Source: Octopus vulgaris
Taxonomy: Eukaryota
NCBI GenBank assembly: GCA_951406725.2
Contig: OX597835.1
Location: 46,438,001-46,502,000, forward strand
Length of the DNA stretch: 64,000 nt
Direction: 5' to 3'
Part shown: piece after piece, positions 13,466 to 26,366 of the stretch
How positions within the stretch are numbered: position 1 is the stretch's first letter
Layout of the letters: every line of letters starts with the position of its first letter
Notes under the pieces: model-generated
The model's input: only the letters and a program-made list of their open reading frames with translations
Databases searched by the model: none
Told to the model about the DNA's origin: nothing
Made by a program: the position numbers and the translations under genes

Positions 13466-13518
13466 GCCGCTGATGAGAATTAATGTTTCAACTCCAAGAT
13501 TCGAATTTGCGATACGGC
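13466..13518 (+). ncRNA. Degenerate type-I hammerhead motif
   Basis: GCCG-CTGATGA-GAATT...GATTC-GAATTTGCG-ATA-CGGC. Helices I and II pair, but GAAA is mutated to GAAT. Confidence 0.45.
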
Positions 13519-13695
13519 CTCATATGCTAAGGACTTACCTCATTAAATTAGAGTGTTTTGTGGCTTTAGAGTTAATTTAACTCTTATTTTAGCATAACCG
13601 GTGCTGACCAGTAACCCCCGTCACTTTTGTGACCTCTCTCTTAAGTTTGCTTTTGGGTTCTAACTGCTATTAAACCATCTTTTTAATTTGTTATA

Positions 13696-13789
<94 letters not shown>

Positions 13790-14190
13790 AGAAGACGAAG
13801 GGCTTAGTGGTTAGGCTCCGCGATAATAAGGTTGTGAGTTCGATAACTGGCGGCGCATCATGTCCTTTATCAAACCTTTTCTGTTCTATGTCACGCTGAA
13901 TGTTTCTGCAAACTACTTTAAGGTTGCGCATGTCTATGAAGTACTCAGCCGCTTTGCACGTTTATTTCACGAACGCAGGATGTTTGTTCTACTAAAGGCA
14001 CAAGGCGTGAAATTTCGGCGGTGGGGGGTGGGGGATGAGTTTCACTGGTATTATTTTATTGAACCCCGAAAAGATAAAAGGCAAAGTTGACCTCGGTGGA
14101 ATGTGAACCCAGAACATACAGACGATCAAAATGCCGCAAAGCATTTTGGCCGGCGTGCGGCTAACGATTCAGCCAGTTCGCCTTTTATAC

Positions 14191-14253
<63 letters not shown>

Positions 14254-14285
14254 AATGAATATATATATATGTATATATATGTATG

Positions 14286-14331
<46 letters not shown>

Positions 14332-14343
14332 AATGTATATATA

Positions 14344-14406
<63 letters not shown>

Positions 14407-14567
14407 TATAAAAGGGACAGGCAACAAGTTGCTTGGCCGCATACCGAAAAATTAGAAATAGCAGTCAAGACTGTTTATTTCTATTTTCTACAAGTGGGGC
14501 TCACACATGACATACCCTGTAATTCACATATGCAAAACAGAATTGGATGCTAATTGGATTTTTACTC

Positions 14568-14617
<50 letters not shown>

Positions 14618-14904
14618 TATATAACATACATCTATTAATATGTAGGGAGTGTATTAACGTATATTTGCATGCACACATCTATACATGCATTTGTTGTTAA
14701 TTCTGCGTGACATGCATCATTTTTGCGTGATGGGTTCTTTCTTTCTGTGACACTGTTGAACTGTGGAACGAGGGGGCAGTGGCAGTGGTCCAAAATGGTT
14801 GACGAGAGAGAAGGTTGGTGAAAGACGAATGCAGTCTGAGGGCAAATGAAGCAGGAAGGAATGTCGAAAAATAGTGTGAAGACAATTCTGATTGCAAGAG
14901 GGAA

Positions 14905-14938
<34 letters not shown>

Positions 14939-15366
14939 CTAGATAGACAGACAGGTAGATAGATACATAGAAAGAGCGAGTAAGGCATGTGTAATGAAAT
15001 ATATGAGTTAGTGTGAATAATGAAGAAGGACAGGGAAGTGGAACGATGACCTTTGAAATACAGAAGGAGTTATTGAAATTCAAAGAGTGGACCTGAATGG
15101 AAAAGATGAAGAGAAACAGTTAATGTTTGATGAGAGAAGAGGAGAGAAGAAATGCTGCAAAATGCGAAGAAACGTAAGGAGAAAGGGAGGCTGGTTTGGG
15201 AAAGGAGGAAAGAATGAGAGAATAATTGGAAGAATAGAAACTAAAACACAGTAAAGAAATGGAGCGAGGCTCGAAGCAGAAATATTAACAATTACTGGGA
15301 AATAAATAAAAATAACAACCTGTCAATTTTGACTGGTATTATAGTAGGATCCACACATCCATACAT

Positions 15367-15522
<156 letters not shown>

Positions 15523-15558
15523 AACACACACACACACATATACATACATATCTACACG

Positions 15559-15592
<34 letters not shown>

Positions 15593-15731
15593 CATATGTG
15601 TGACAAAAAGAAATTTGTGTATTTCGTATATTCGGGTAATAAATTCCTTAGAAATAATTGAAAACCAGGCAACTTAAGGAGTCAAAATGGAATACGAACT
15701 GAAGAATGTAATTAATGTATGTCTTGTAATT

Positions 15732-16657
15732 TTAATCTTCATCGTCGGAATAAATTCCTAATTTTTTCATGATCCATTGGAATTTGGCCACCATTTCTTC
15801 TTGCATCAGTGAGAAACACATTGAAACAATGGCCATACCGAACAGAATGTAAAACCCACCAACAATTAGCTGAATGTTCGTCTGTGGGTTGTCAAAATCC
15901 GTTCCGGGCACAACGTCTCCGAAGCCAATGGTACTGAGAGTGATAAAACAGAAATAAGTGGCCTGCAGAAGGTCCCAGCCTTCCCACAACTTGAAGAGCA
16001 ATGCTCCAAACATGATATAGACGAATATGACCAACATTGTTACCGTCAATGGAATCGTGACGTCGGCCAGCTCGTCGTCGTCGTCGTCGTCGTAGTCATA
16101 GTCGTAGTCGTCGTATTCGTTCGTCCTCAACATTATTGGTTCCCGTTCATCTTTCGGAATAGGAACCGGATATATTTTGCTGTTTTTCTCGCCGCTCTGA
16201 CTTAATGCCGATGACGTGGAATCGTTGTAAACGCTGTTGGGTCTGGAACGTAAATATGGCGCATGGCTCGGACTATCCATGTTTGAGAATTTGGTTGTCG
16301 TTACTTTCTTCTCGTATTTTTGCTCTTCGATTACAGACACATCGTAAGAATTTTTCTCGTTACCCATCATCTTCATTTCGTAGTCTGGGTTTGTGTCCGC
16401 ATTATCGAAATTTTTCTTTTGCGACTGAACGGCCTGACTGGTGTTCTTTAGGGAAGTAATCGAGCTTGTTCTATCTTTTTTAGGTTTTCGACGACAAAAT
16501 CCACAACAAATGATTTTGGAATAAACGAAGCGAAACACGTTGGCCAGTGCATCTCCGATGTTCGCCAAACATAGCAGCATCAACGGAATTCCAAGAATGG
16601 CATAAGCAATACACACAAGTCGACCCCACGTTGTCTTAGGAGCTATATGTCCATAAC
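15732..16657 (-). CDS. K2P (two-pore-domain, TWK/KCNK18-like) potassium channel, coding exon 2 (end of P1, M2, large loop, M3, P2, M4, stop)
   Basis: Encodes [35 protein letters not shown]...[28 protein letters not shown]. The acceptor TTCTTTTTTCAG|GT at 16658/16657 is in phase 1 with exon 1. Confidence 0.95.
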
Positions 16658-17206
16658 CTGAAAAAAGAATACAAAATAATAAATACATAGTGACCAACCA
16701 GTAAATGCTAAAAACATCGAATACAATAAACTACAATAAAATATAGAATAATTTAACAAATTTCTGTTTTAGGTTATTCACCTGATACAAAAATAACGAA
16801 ATTGCACTGGTCCATTACCAACTCCATGCTACAGAAAGCTCTCGTGGGTCCTAATTTGACAGCGAGACGAAATACATATTGCTTTAAAGTTTTGGCACAA
16901 GTCCAGCAAATTCAAGGGACGGATAGGTCGATCAGATTGATTCCAATGATCAACTAGTGCTTATTTTATCGACCCCGAAAGGATGAAAGACAAAGACCAA
17001 CTTGGCAGAATAGAGACGTAGTGCATATGAATATGGTAAAGTAGGATTCCTTAACTTTTCCCTGCAACCACATATATCAGTCATAAGAATGAGGGCCATG
17101 AATGGCACCACCTTCAAGAGTCTTAATCGAATGAAACGTTCCAGTGCTTGTTTATACATATGTATGTATATATATACGTATGTATGTATGTATGTACGTA
17201 TGTATG

Positions 17207-17270
<64 letters not shown>

Positions 17271-17419
17271 GTATGTATATATATATGTGTGTGTGTATAT
17301 GTATATATACATATATATAGGCATACATATATATATGTATATATATATAGACATATACATACGTATATATACATATACAGATATAATACACACACATATA
17401 TATATACATACATACATAC

Positions 17420-17466
<47 letters not shown>

Positions 17467-17506
17467 CATATATATATACACATACACATATATATAAATA
17501 TATATC

Positions 17507-17852
17507 GCTGGAGTGGTTGTGTGATAAGTAGCTCGCTTACCAACCACATGGTTCCGGGTTCGGTCCCACTGCATGACACCTAGGGCTTCTACTATAGCCT
17601 TAGGCCGACCAAAGCCTCGTGAGTGGATTTGCTAGACGAAAACTGAAAGAAGCCCCTCAAATATATATATATATATGTGTGCATATCTTTGTGTCTGTAT
17701 CTGTCCCCCTACCATCGCTTGACAACCGATGTTGGCGTGTCTACGTCCCCGTAACTTAGCAGTTCGACAAAAAACCGATAGAATAAGTACTAGTCTTACA
17801 AAGAATAAGTCTTCTTGGATCTCCAGCATGGCTGCAGTAAAATGACTGAAAC
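17507..17852 (+). mobile_element. SINE family B copy, directly fused to a family C copy
   Basis: Similar to 4875-5350. Confidence 0.85.
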
Positions 17853-18170
17853 AGTGGTTAGAGCGTCGAGTTTACGATCGCGAGGTTGTGAGTTCGAATC
17901 CCGTACTGAGCTGCGTGTTGTGTTCTTGAGCAAGACACTTTATTCACGTTGCTCCAGTTCACTCAGCTGTAGAAATGAGTTGCGACCTCACAGGTGCCAA
18001 GCTGTATCAGCCTTTGCCTTTCCCTTGGATAGCACTGATGGTGGGGAGAGGGGAGACCGCTATGCATGGGTGACGGCTGGTCATCCATAAACAACCTTGC
18101 CCGAACTTGTGCCTGGGAGGGTAACTTTCTAAGTGCAATCCCATGGTCAGTCATGACCGAAGAGGGTCTC
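17853..18170 (+). mobile_element. tRNA-derived SINE family C
   Basis: GTGGTTAGAGCG...GAGTTCGAATCCC, TGTGTTCTTGAGCAAGACACTTTATT, tail GCAATCCCATGGTCAGTCATGACCGAAG. Reverse copy at 61530-61869. Confidence 0.8.
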
Positions 18171-18217
18171 AGCAGCAGTACATGTACCAGGACCTCGCTA
18201 GTTCTTCTTTTGGGGAT

Positions 18218-18251
<34 letters not shown>

Positions 18252-18252
<1 letters not shown>

Positions 18253-18667
18253 TCTTTACTCTTTTACTCTTTTACTTGTTTCAGTCATTTGACTGCGGCC
18301 ATGCTGGAGCACCGCCTTAATCGAGCAACTCAACCCCGGGACTTATTCTTTTGTAAGCCCAGTACTTATTCTATCGGTCTCTTTTGCCGAACTGCTAAGT
18401 AACGAGGACATAAACACACCAGCATTGGTTGTCAAGCAATGCTAGGGGGACAAACACAGATACACAAAGAGACACACGTATATATATATATATATACATA
18501 TATACGATGGGCTTCTTTCAGTTTCCGTCTACCAAATCCACTCACAAGTCTTTGGTCAGCCCGTGGCTACAGTAGAAGACACTTGCCCAAGGTGCCACGC
18601 AGTGGGACTGAACCCGGAACCATGTGGCTGGAAAAAAAGCTACTTACCACACACCCACTCCTGCGCC
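18252..18667 (-). mobile_element. SINE family B, full length
   Basis: Reverse complement of 4875-5350. Confidence 0.9.
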
Positions 18668-18822
18668 TATATATATATGTATACATACATACATGACTGC
18701 ATGCATAAATACATACATACATAATACATGAATACATACATACATACATACATACATACATACATACATACATACATACATACATACATACATACATACA
18801 TGTCTGCATGCATGCATGCATA

Positions 18823-18925
18823 CATTCCTTATCTACATCGATAACATAGTAGACGTCATCAAACATTCTACATTGAAAATCTTTGCAGATGATTCCAAAC
18901 TCCAGAAAGCCATAAACAGTGTGGA
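18823..18925 (+). mobile_element. CR1-like reverse transcriptase fragment
   Basis: FLIYIDNIVDVIKHSTLKIFADDSKLQKAI carries the FADD catalytic motif. Confidence 0.75.
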
Positions 18926-19902
18926 TCTGTTTGCTGTTGCCCAACTCTTATTGACCCTTCTTTCATCTTTAATGAGAACATTTTCCCATATAACAACGCT
19001 CCACATTCACCCAACCAAGTCTCGCTCTTGCTGTCGCAGCTGCTTCACTTCCACCACTTACATCCACCCTGTTACCCAAATAACAAGTCGGAAGAATATA
19101 CGAGAACTTATTATTGACCACGACAATTGTTTCGATGCATCAAGCATCGATCCCTGACGAGTGGGACACTTAACAACTGCTTCAGGAGCACCCAGAAGGG
19201 AAGATGTGTCTCATCGGGTGATAAATAGGCATAACTCGTTACAATAACAGTTCCGCAATGTATCTTCTCATTTCGTAGAAAGAAAAACAGCAAAACGAAG
19301 GAAATATCTTCATTTATACAGAAGATCAAAAATAAAATCACAGATGGGAATAAAAGGGAAATGAACACGCGATACGGCGAGAAAAGTATTAAAAATAACC
19401 GTTAACACATACGGATGTATAAACGCCCTCGCTCAAGCTGAATGGCGCGAGTACACTCGCTCATACAAGCATCCGCGAAAATGTAAGCATACACACCCGT
19501 GTGGTTTGGTACACTCACGGTCACAAAGCGAGTTAAGTAGCTACTTGGTGTTTATAAGAATGGGGAGATAACAACTAAACTCAATTCATCCATACCTTAA
19601 TGTAAGTTATGTAAACAGTTATTCAAATTCATTCCCACTGCATTAAGCGAAAATATATTTATATGAGTGGAGGCATCTTGAAAGTCTTTCAGAAATTTTA
19701 TTAATGATTTTTTCATTGGTCCACAGAATAGACAGGGATTCCTTGGAGCAGAGGCGGCACCTGCTAGAAATTATATTATTTGGTTTCGCGTGTCTTACTA
19801 TGGATCAAGTTATGTTGTAATTAATTTTATCTTGCTTCAGTCGCCATACAGAATTGACCAAAGATGTTGAATGTCTCTTATTAAATTATATATGCATGTA
19901 TG

Positions 19903-19961
<59 letters not shown>

Positions 19962-20121
19962 GGTTGGCCAAAATCACCTAACAATTAAATCAAAATTCCA
20001 TAAATACTACCTGTAATTCTGTTTTTACTCAAATGGAAAAATATGTCACTCAAGAAGGACTTCAGTTTGAACAATTTTCATGGAGTTTCATATTCAGTTG
20101 CTTTTATATAATTCATTCAGT

Positions 20122-20177
<56 letters not shown>

Positions 20178-20660
20178 TGTGTCTGTGTCTGTGTGTCTGT
20201 GTGCATGCACTTGCGTTTGTATACAATAGCTGTACATCACTTGAAAAACTCTCATATATATATACATATTGGTTTGTATTACTGAGCCTGTATGTATGTT
20301 CGTATATGGTTGTGTGCTTATGTTTTGGCTGGTTCCATCAGCGATTTGTGAGACATATCGCATGTGTGGGTGTATTTAACCGTTTCTACAGGACAATAAA
20401 GAGAAGACATTTTCACGCATCACAAAAGTCTTGATGCGAAATTCATTTAACGGAGGAAACATTTATATTTTTATTGCCATGTATATATTGAATATATACT
20501 GCTTCTCAGCAATGTATTATATCTGTATCAGTCAGTCTATGAATGTGTTTGCTTGGATGGATAGGTGTACACGTGTACATAGGCACCTATTTTTGTATGC
20601 TTGTTTATAAGTATATATGTAATGCATGCACCTATATATATATATATACATATACATATA

Positions 20661-21729
20661 CAGGAGTTGGACAAAATAATGGAAACACCTAGCATCATAG
20701 AATCATACTTTTGGAATATGTATCAAACCGTCAAAAGCTTGTTTTTATGCTTTTTTGATTTATTGTTAGTGTTGCTTAATATGTTTTGCTAAAATTGCTG
20801 TTTATTCTCAGATATCATCAGAAAAAAGTAATTAAAATTCATAAAAATGATAGATCTATCGGACTTTCAAAGATGTCAAGTAGTTGGTGCTCATATGACA
20901 GGCGTTAGCGTAACGAAAACAGCCATTGAGAAAGAGGGAAAAACCTCCTCGTCGAAACAAAACTCCGAAAGAAAACCAAAACTTCCAGATAGAGACTGTC
21001 GGACTCTTACGCGAATAATTAGAAAGGATCAGAAACGTACAGCTCCCAAAATTACTCCAGAGTTTAATGACCATCCCGAGAACCCAGTATCCACAAAAAC
21101 TGTTCGCCGGGAGCTGCACAAACCTGGATTTCACGGGAGGGCTGCAATCAGAAAACCACTACTTTCAAAAGCAAATGTTGCAAAGCATTTAGAGTGAAGT
21201 AAAAACCTACAGAATTGGTCCCTAGAGTAGTGGAAGAATATTTTCTCGGACGAGTTATCCTTTACCTTATTTCCCACCACTGGCCGAGTATACATATGGA
21301 GACTTCCAAAAGAAGCATTCGACCCAGACTGCCTTCTTCCAACTGTTAAACATGGAGGAGAATCTGTGATGATTTGGGGGCTATATCTTGGAAATCCGCC
21401 GGCCTAATGTATTTCCCTTCACGGCAGAATTAATAGTCAAGACTATTTAAGCATTTTATCTGTTGAAATTCATCCTATGGTTGCGGAACTGTTTCCGGAG
21501 GGAAACGCAATCTTTCAGGATGATAATGCACCAATTCACACAGCTAAAGTTGTTACTGAATGGCTCGAAAAACATTCTAGAGAAGCTGAACATCTTATCT
21601 GGTTACCACTGTCCCAAGATCACAATATTATTGAATATTTATGATGCATTTTAGAAAAACAAGGAGTTGATATCTTCCACCATCATCACTGCAAAAACTA
21701 GAAACTGTTTTAGCTGAAGTATGGATAAG
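20661..21729 (+). mobile_element. Tc1-family DNA transposon relic with pseudogenised DD36E transposase
   Basis: TA|CAGGAGTTGGACAAAATAATGGAAACACC left TIR, then MIDLSDFQRCQVVGAH..., FSDE, TVKHGG, FQDDNAPIH and SQDHNIIE, with stops and frameshifts. No right TIR seen. Confidence 0.9.
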
Positions 21730-21824
21730 AACATTTGTTTTATTATTTATTTGTATATATTGGATAATAAGTGCAGCATGTTTTGTATATCGGTATTATT
21801 ATTATACTTTTCAAGTTAATTATA

Positions 21825-21956
21825 TCCTCTGACGAGGCCTATGGTTCTTTTAACATATAAGTATATTTTTTTATGTCTAAAACCATAATATACTGACATC
21901 TATAGGCAATATAAGTTGGATTGACTCTTGAACATAGGCTGAAACAGCTGTAAGGA
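21825..21956 (+). ncRNA. Type-I hammerhead ribozyme motif with long helix II insert
   Basis: TCCT-CTGACGA-GGCCTATG...CATAGGCT-GAAAC-AGCT-GTA-AGGA. Confidence 0.75.
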
Positions 21957-22151
21957 GTAGTTTATGAATTTCAATAATTTATAATATGACTATTAAACTA
22001 AGTATTTGTATTATTTTTATTATTATATTACCTATCGATTTATATAATGTTTTGTCTGATTTTGATGTTCTCATTTGTATAATTAATAATGTAAAATTGT
22101 AATATCCGTAAGTTGATGAACGAGATGAATTTGTTTCTCCATTTTCTTATT

Positions 22152-22197
<46 letters not shown>

Positions 22198-22225
22198 TAT
22201 ATATATATATATATGTATATATATA

Positions 22226-22618
22226 CTAGCAGCATAGCCCGGCGTTGCCCGGGTATGTAAGAGCCCCTAGTAGGCAACGACTAATCCCAATCTAGTTCTT
22301 TCCCTCTAGGGAGCGAAGGCGCATATGTAGGTTGCAATGTCTTCTCTTCACTCGAATACTTCTATGTATACAATGTTCCTAGCTGTCTCCCGACAGAAAA
22401 TGTGTTGCATATAAAAAGCTTAGATTCTCGACCCCATGTCGAATTTATCGATTTTTTTCAGAACTGGGGGAACTTTTCAAAATTTTCGCTGCGTTAGTCT
22501 TGAATTAAGACATTGGGCTATGTGTGTGTCAAGTTTCATCAGAATCGGTTGAAAGCCGTGGTCAGGGTGAGGGTACAACCTGACAGCCACACAGACACAC
22601 AGACAGACAGAGAAACTG

Positions 22619-22625
<7 letters not shown>
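22226..22625 (-). mobile_element. Non-autonomous Helitron
   Basis: Minus-strand 3' end CCCGGGCAACGCCGGG hairpin...CTAG|T. Shares ~200 bp with 54081-54453. Confidence 0.8.
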
Positions 22626-22676
<51 letters not shown>

Positions 22677-22709
22677 CATAAATATATACATATACATATA
22701 TATATTTAT

Positions 22710-23069
22710 TTTCTTTTATTCTTTTATCTGTTTCAGTCATTTGACAGCGGTCAAGCAGCAAATCCATCTCAGGACTTATTCTTTGTAACCCTAGTACTTA
22801 TTCACTTTCGTTGAACCGTTAAATTACGGGGACGTAAACACATGCATCGGTTGTCAAGCGATCTTGGGGGACAAACAAAGACATACAGACACACATGTGT
22901 GTGTATCTAGGACGGGATTCTTTCAGTTTCCGTCTACCAAATCCACTCACAAGGCTTTGGTCGAACCGAGACTATAGTAGACACTTGCTCAAGGTGCCAT
23001 GAAATGGGACTGACCCCAGAACCATATCTGATTTGTAACCAAGATACTTACCACACACCCACTCCTGCG

Positions 23070-23070
<1 letters not shown>
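22710..23070 (-). mobile_element. SINE family B, diverged copy
   Basis: Similar to 4875-5350. Confidence 0.8.
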
Positions 23071-23109
<39 letters not shown>

Positions 23110-23210
23110 GTTAATCCAAACATGAAAATAGAAAGAGAAAACACAACAACGCGAGGACGTGGAACAAATATAGTATTATTGGACGCTCAGGAAGGAAGGG
23201 AAGAAGGAGG

Positions 23211-23245
23211 GTTTTACGTTTCGAGCGGAGCTCTTCGTCAGAAAC
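23211..23245 (-). ncRNA. Minimal hammerhead ribozyme motif within a solo pLTR-like repeat (23110-23316)
   Basis: Minus strand GTTT-CTGACGA-AGAGC-TCC-GCTC-GAAAC-GTA-AAAC. A related degenerate copy lies at 51137-51170. Confidence 0.7.
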
Positions 23246-23330
23246 ATAGGAGAAGGAAAGATCCAGAGAAGGGAAGACGGAGGAAAGAAAATCGCCAACG
23301 GTACACACGTGGTCACATACATATATATAT

Positions 23331-23413
<83 letters not shown>

Positions 23414-23454
23414 TACATATACATATATCTCTGTATACGCAAACACAGACACAG

Positions 23455-26165
23455 GATAGCACCAAACAGGCAGGAGGAACCAAAAGTCATAAAAATTATC
23501 AATCTAACTCACAAACCAAATCAATATACTCTCCAATACCCCAACTACAATGAAATTAAAGAAGACATCGCGGAATTCTGTAGAAAATTACGACTCGCTG
23601 AGTAGCTATACGACAAATACAACGAGGACGAATCGTTGGTCCGAAATAGAAGTAACTACACCCCCTCAAAAGGTAAGAACAAAACTTTTGATCATTTCTG
23701 TGAACACGTCTCGAATTACCCATACATATGCACAAATATAAACACAAACCAAACTCCAGTAAAAAAGAATGGGCTGAGCTGAACAAATTAAAAGATAACA
23801 AAGCAATAACAATCAAAGAGGCTGATAAAGGGAGTGCAGTTGCCTTAATGGACACGGTATTCTAAATAACTTTAGTACTATCCATATTGGAAGACGCAAC
23901 ATATTATGAAAAGGCCCAACACTACAGTCAGCAGAAAATAATGAGAGACTTAAAATCCATGTTAAACCTATACAAAGAAGGGCTCACCGACAAAGCATAT
24001 GACTATATGACCAATTTCAAAAGTAAAACCAGTCAATTCTACGGTATTCCCAAGATACACAAAAGTGAGAAAATAAGTAACGCATGCAAGATAGCCACAG
24101 ACAAAATAATTAAAGTCCCTAATCCTAATGACCTCAAATTGAGACCTATAATAGCAGGTCTCCGCATGCGAAACCCACCGCCTCAGTAACTTTTTAGATA
24201 CCCTGTTAAAACCACTCCTCAAATATGTCAAAAGCTATATAAGGGACGACCTGGATATGCTCAATCACCTGTCTAATACAAAAATACCCTACTAGTCTCC
24301 TTCGACGTAGTCAACCTCTATTCCAATATTCCCCACAACCTGAGAATAGTAACAATTCAATTCTGGCTAGAGAATTACGCCAATGAAATCCCACATCAAA
24401 AAAGAATTCGTGATAGAAGGGCTAAAATTCATCTTGGAGAATAACTACTTCGTCTTCAAAGACAACTTCTATCGACAAAAATCGGGGACTGCGATGGCTA
24501 CGAGAATGGCCCCCTCCTTTGCTATCCTAGTCATTGGTTATCTAGAAATTTGTCTTCATCATAAGTTTCTAGAAAAATACGGCAGCCCTTTCTCCCTCTA
24601 CATAGAAAATAACTGGAACAGATACCTGGATGACTGTTTAATTCTTTGGCATGAAAATATAGAGAAGCTTAAAGAATTCCAAGCACTTATAAATGGACTT
24701 GACGTAAACATTCATTTCACGATGGAATATAGCCAGCAACAACGTCCTTTCCTCGACATCCTCATTAAGAAATCTAACAACCTAATAGAAACTATATACT
24801 ATAAGCCTACGGAGTCCAAGCAATATCTAGCGTTCAACTCATGCCACCCCAGACACACTAGAATGAATATCCCCTTCAACCTAGCAAAAAGGATAAGTAC
24901 TATAGTTTCTAATGCAAACACCAGAGACACACGACTACATGAACTAAAGGATACCCTCATCACCAGGAACTACCCACCTTCACTAATTGACGTATATATT
25001 CAACTCAACATCCAGGAACTCAGACATCCCAAATTAAAGAAGGATTTACAACCAAACGCCTTACCATACATCTCCACACACAACCCTCTCAACAATGAAG
25101 CCTTCGACACCATCCTTCAAAACATTCCCCTGCTAAAAAAGGACTACAGAATGAACTTAATCCTCCAAACACACACCATCATAAAAAGTAAGAGATAACC
25201 CAAATCTATGAAGTCTCCTAACACAAGCCCGAATACGCTCAACAACAACACAGAAGCCGTCAGTAAAAAAGTGTGGAAGACCCAACTGTGGCATATGTGA
25301 CTATTTAATTGAGGGATCACAGTTCTCCTTCAAACAGGGACAACGTTTCACAGTGAAAAGCAACTTCACATGAGCTTCGGAGAACCTGATATACGCACTA
25401 ACCTGCTCTGGGTGTCAATAGCAGTACATAGGCCAAACAAAAAACAGTCTACGTAAAAGAATGGCTCTGCACAGATCCCAGAACAGAAAAAATAGCATTC
25501 AGCCAACACATAGACATTTGCACCAATAACAAAAATTCAAGTTTCAGAATTTCTCCCCTCTACCAATTCAGGGACGATACAACCTGTAGCCAACGAATTA
25601 GTAAAGAGACTTTCTTTATTACAAGATACAGACCCCTTTTGGACGCATCTACAACAAACGACATATCCACCACAGCCTTAGAACAACACACACGCAAATG
25701 TTAAAAATGATACACTCAAGAGATTCCCAAGAATTCATTAAAAAACAGTCTCAATCACTGCTAGAATCCATATAATTTTAGGTCACTTGACCATTTAACA
25801 CCTTACTACTATTATACTACCTACATTCCTTCTTATTCCCCCCTTCTCTTTCTTTTTTCTTTTTTCTTCTTCTTCTTCTTCTTCTTCTTCTTCTTCTTTT
25901 TCTTCTCCTTCTTCCCTACCAAGAATTCACAACGACCTCGAACCCACAAGAGTAAACAAGAGAGACAGAGACAAGCAGAAACAAGGAAAATGCCCCTTCT
26001 TTTTGAATACTATGCAAATATTCTTTTTAAAAACTTTTCTTTTAATTTTTCCAAAATTCTATTGTTTTCCATGCTTACAGTTGAAAAAGTCTCAATGACT
26101 GAAACCGGTACTGAAATGTTTTTTTATAAAATTATTTTAGCATTTCCTACCTTGACTTGTTTTTC
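23455..26165 (+). mobile_element. Penelope-like retroelement (RT + C-terminal GIY-YIG), decayed, 5' truncated
   Basis: KEADKG, YGIPKIHK, LRPIIAG, SFDVVNLYSNIPH, QKSGTAM, RYLDD, PFLDILI, YYKPT...SCHP, CGRPNCGIC and NLIYALTCSGC..QYIGQT, with several stops and frameshifts. Confidence 0.95.
26078..26113 (+). ncRNA. Degenerate hammerhead motif in the 3' pLTR of the Penelope element
   Basis: CAG-TTGAAAA-AGTC-TCAAT-GACT-GAAAC-CG-GTA-CTG. The helices are intact, but the core CUGAnGA has two substitutions. Confidence 0.55.
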
Positions 26166-26176
26166 CATATATATAC

Positions 26177-26223
<47 letters not shown>

Positions 26224-26287
26224 TATGTATGCGTATGCTTGTGTGTATGCATGTATGCATATCTATATACATGTATATGTATGTATG

Positions 26288-26318
<31 letters not shown>

Positions 26319-26319
26319 G

Positions 26320-26366
<47 letters not shown>

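Noticed and set aside
16658-16697. ORF-track N-terminus [13 protein letters not shown] for the channel
   Set aside because: It is intron polypyrimidine tract; the real frame joins exon 1 at the CAG acceptor.
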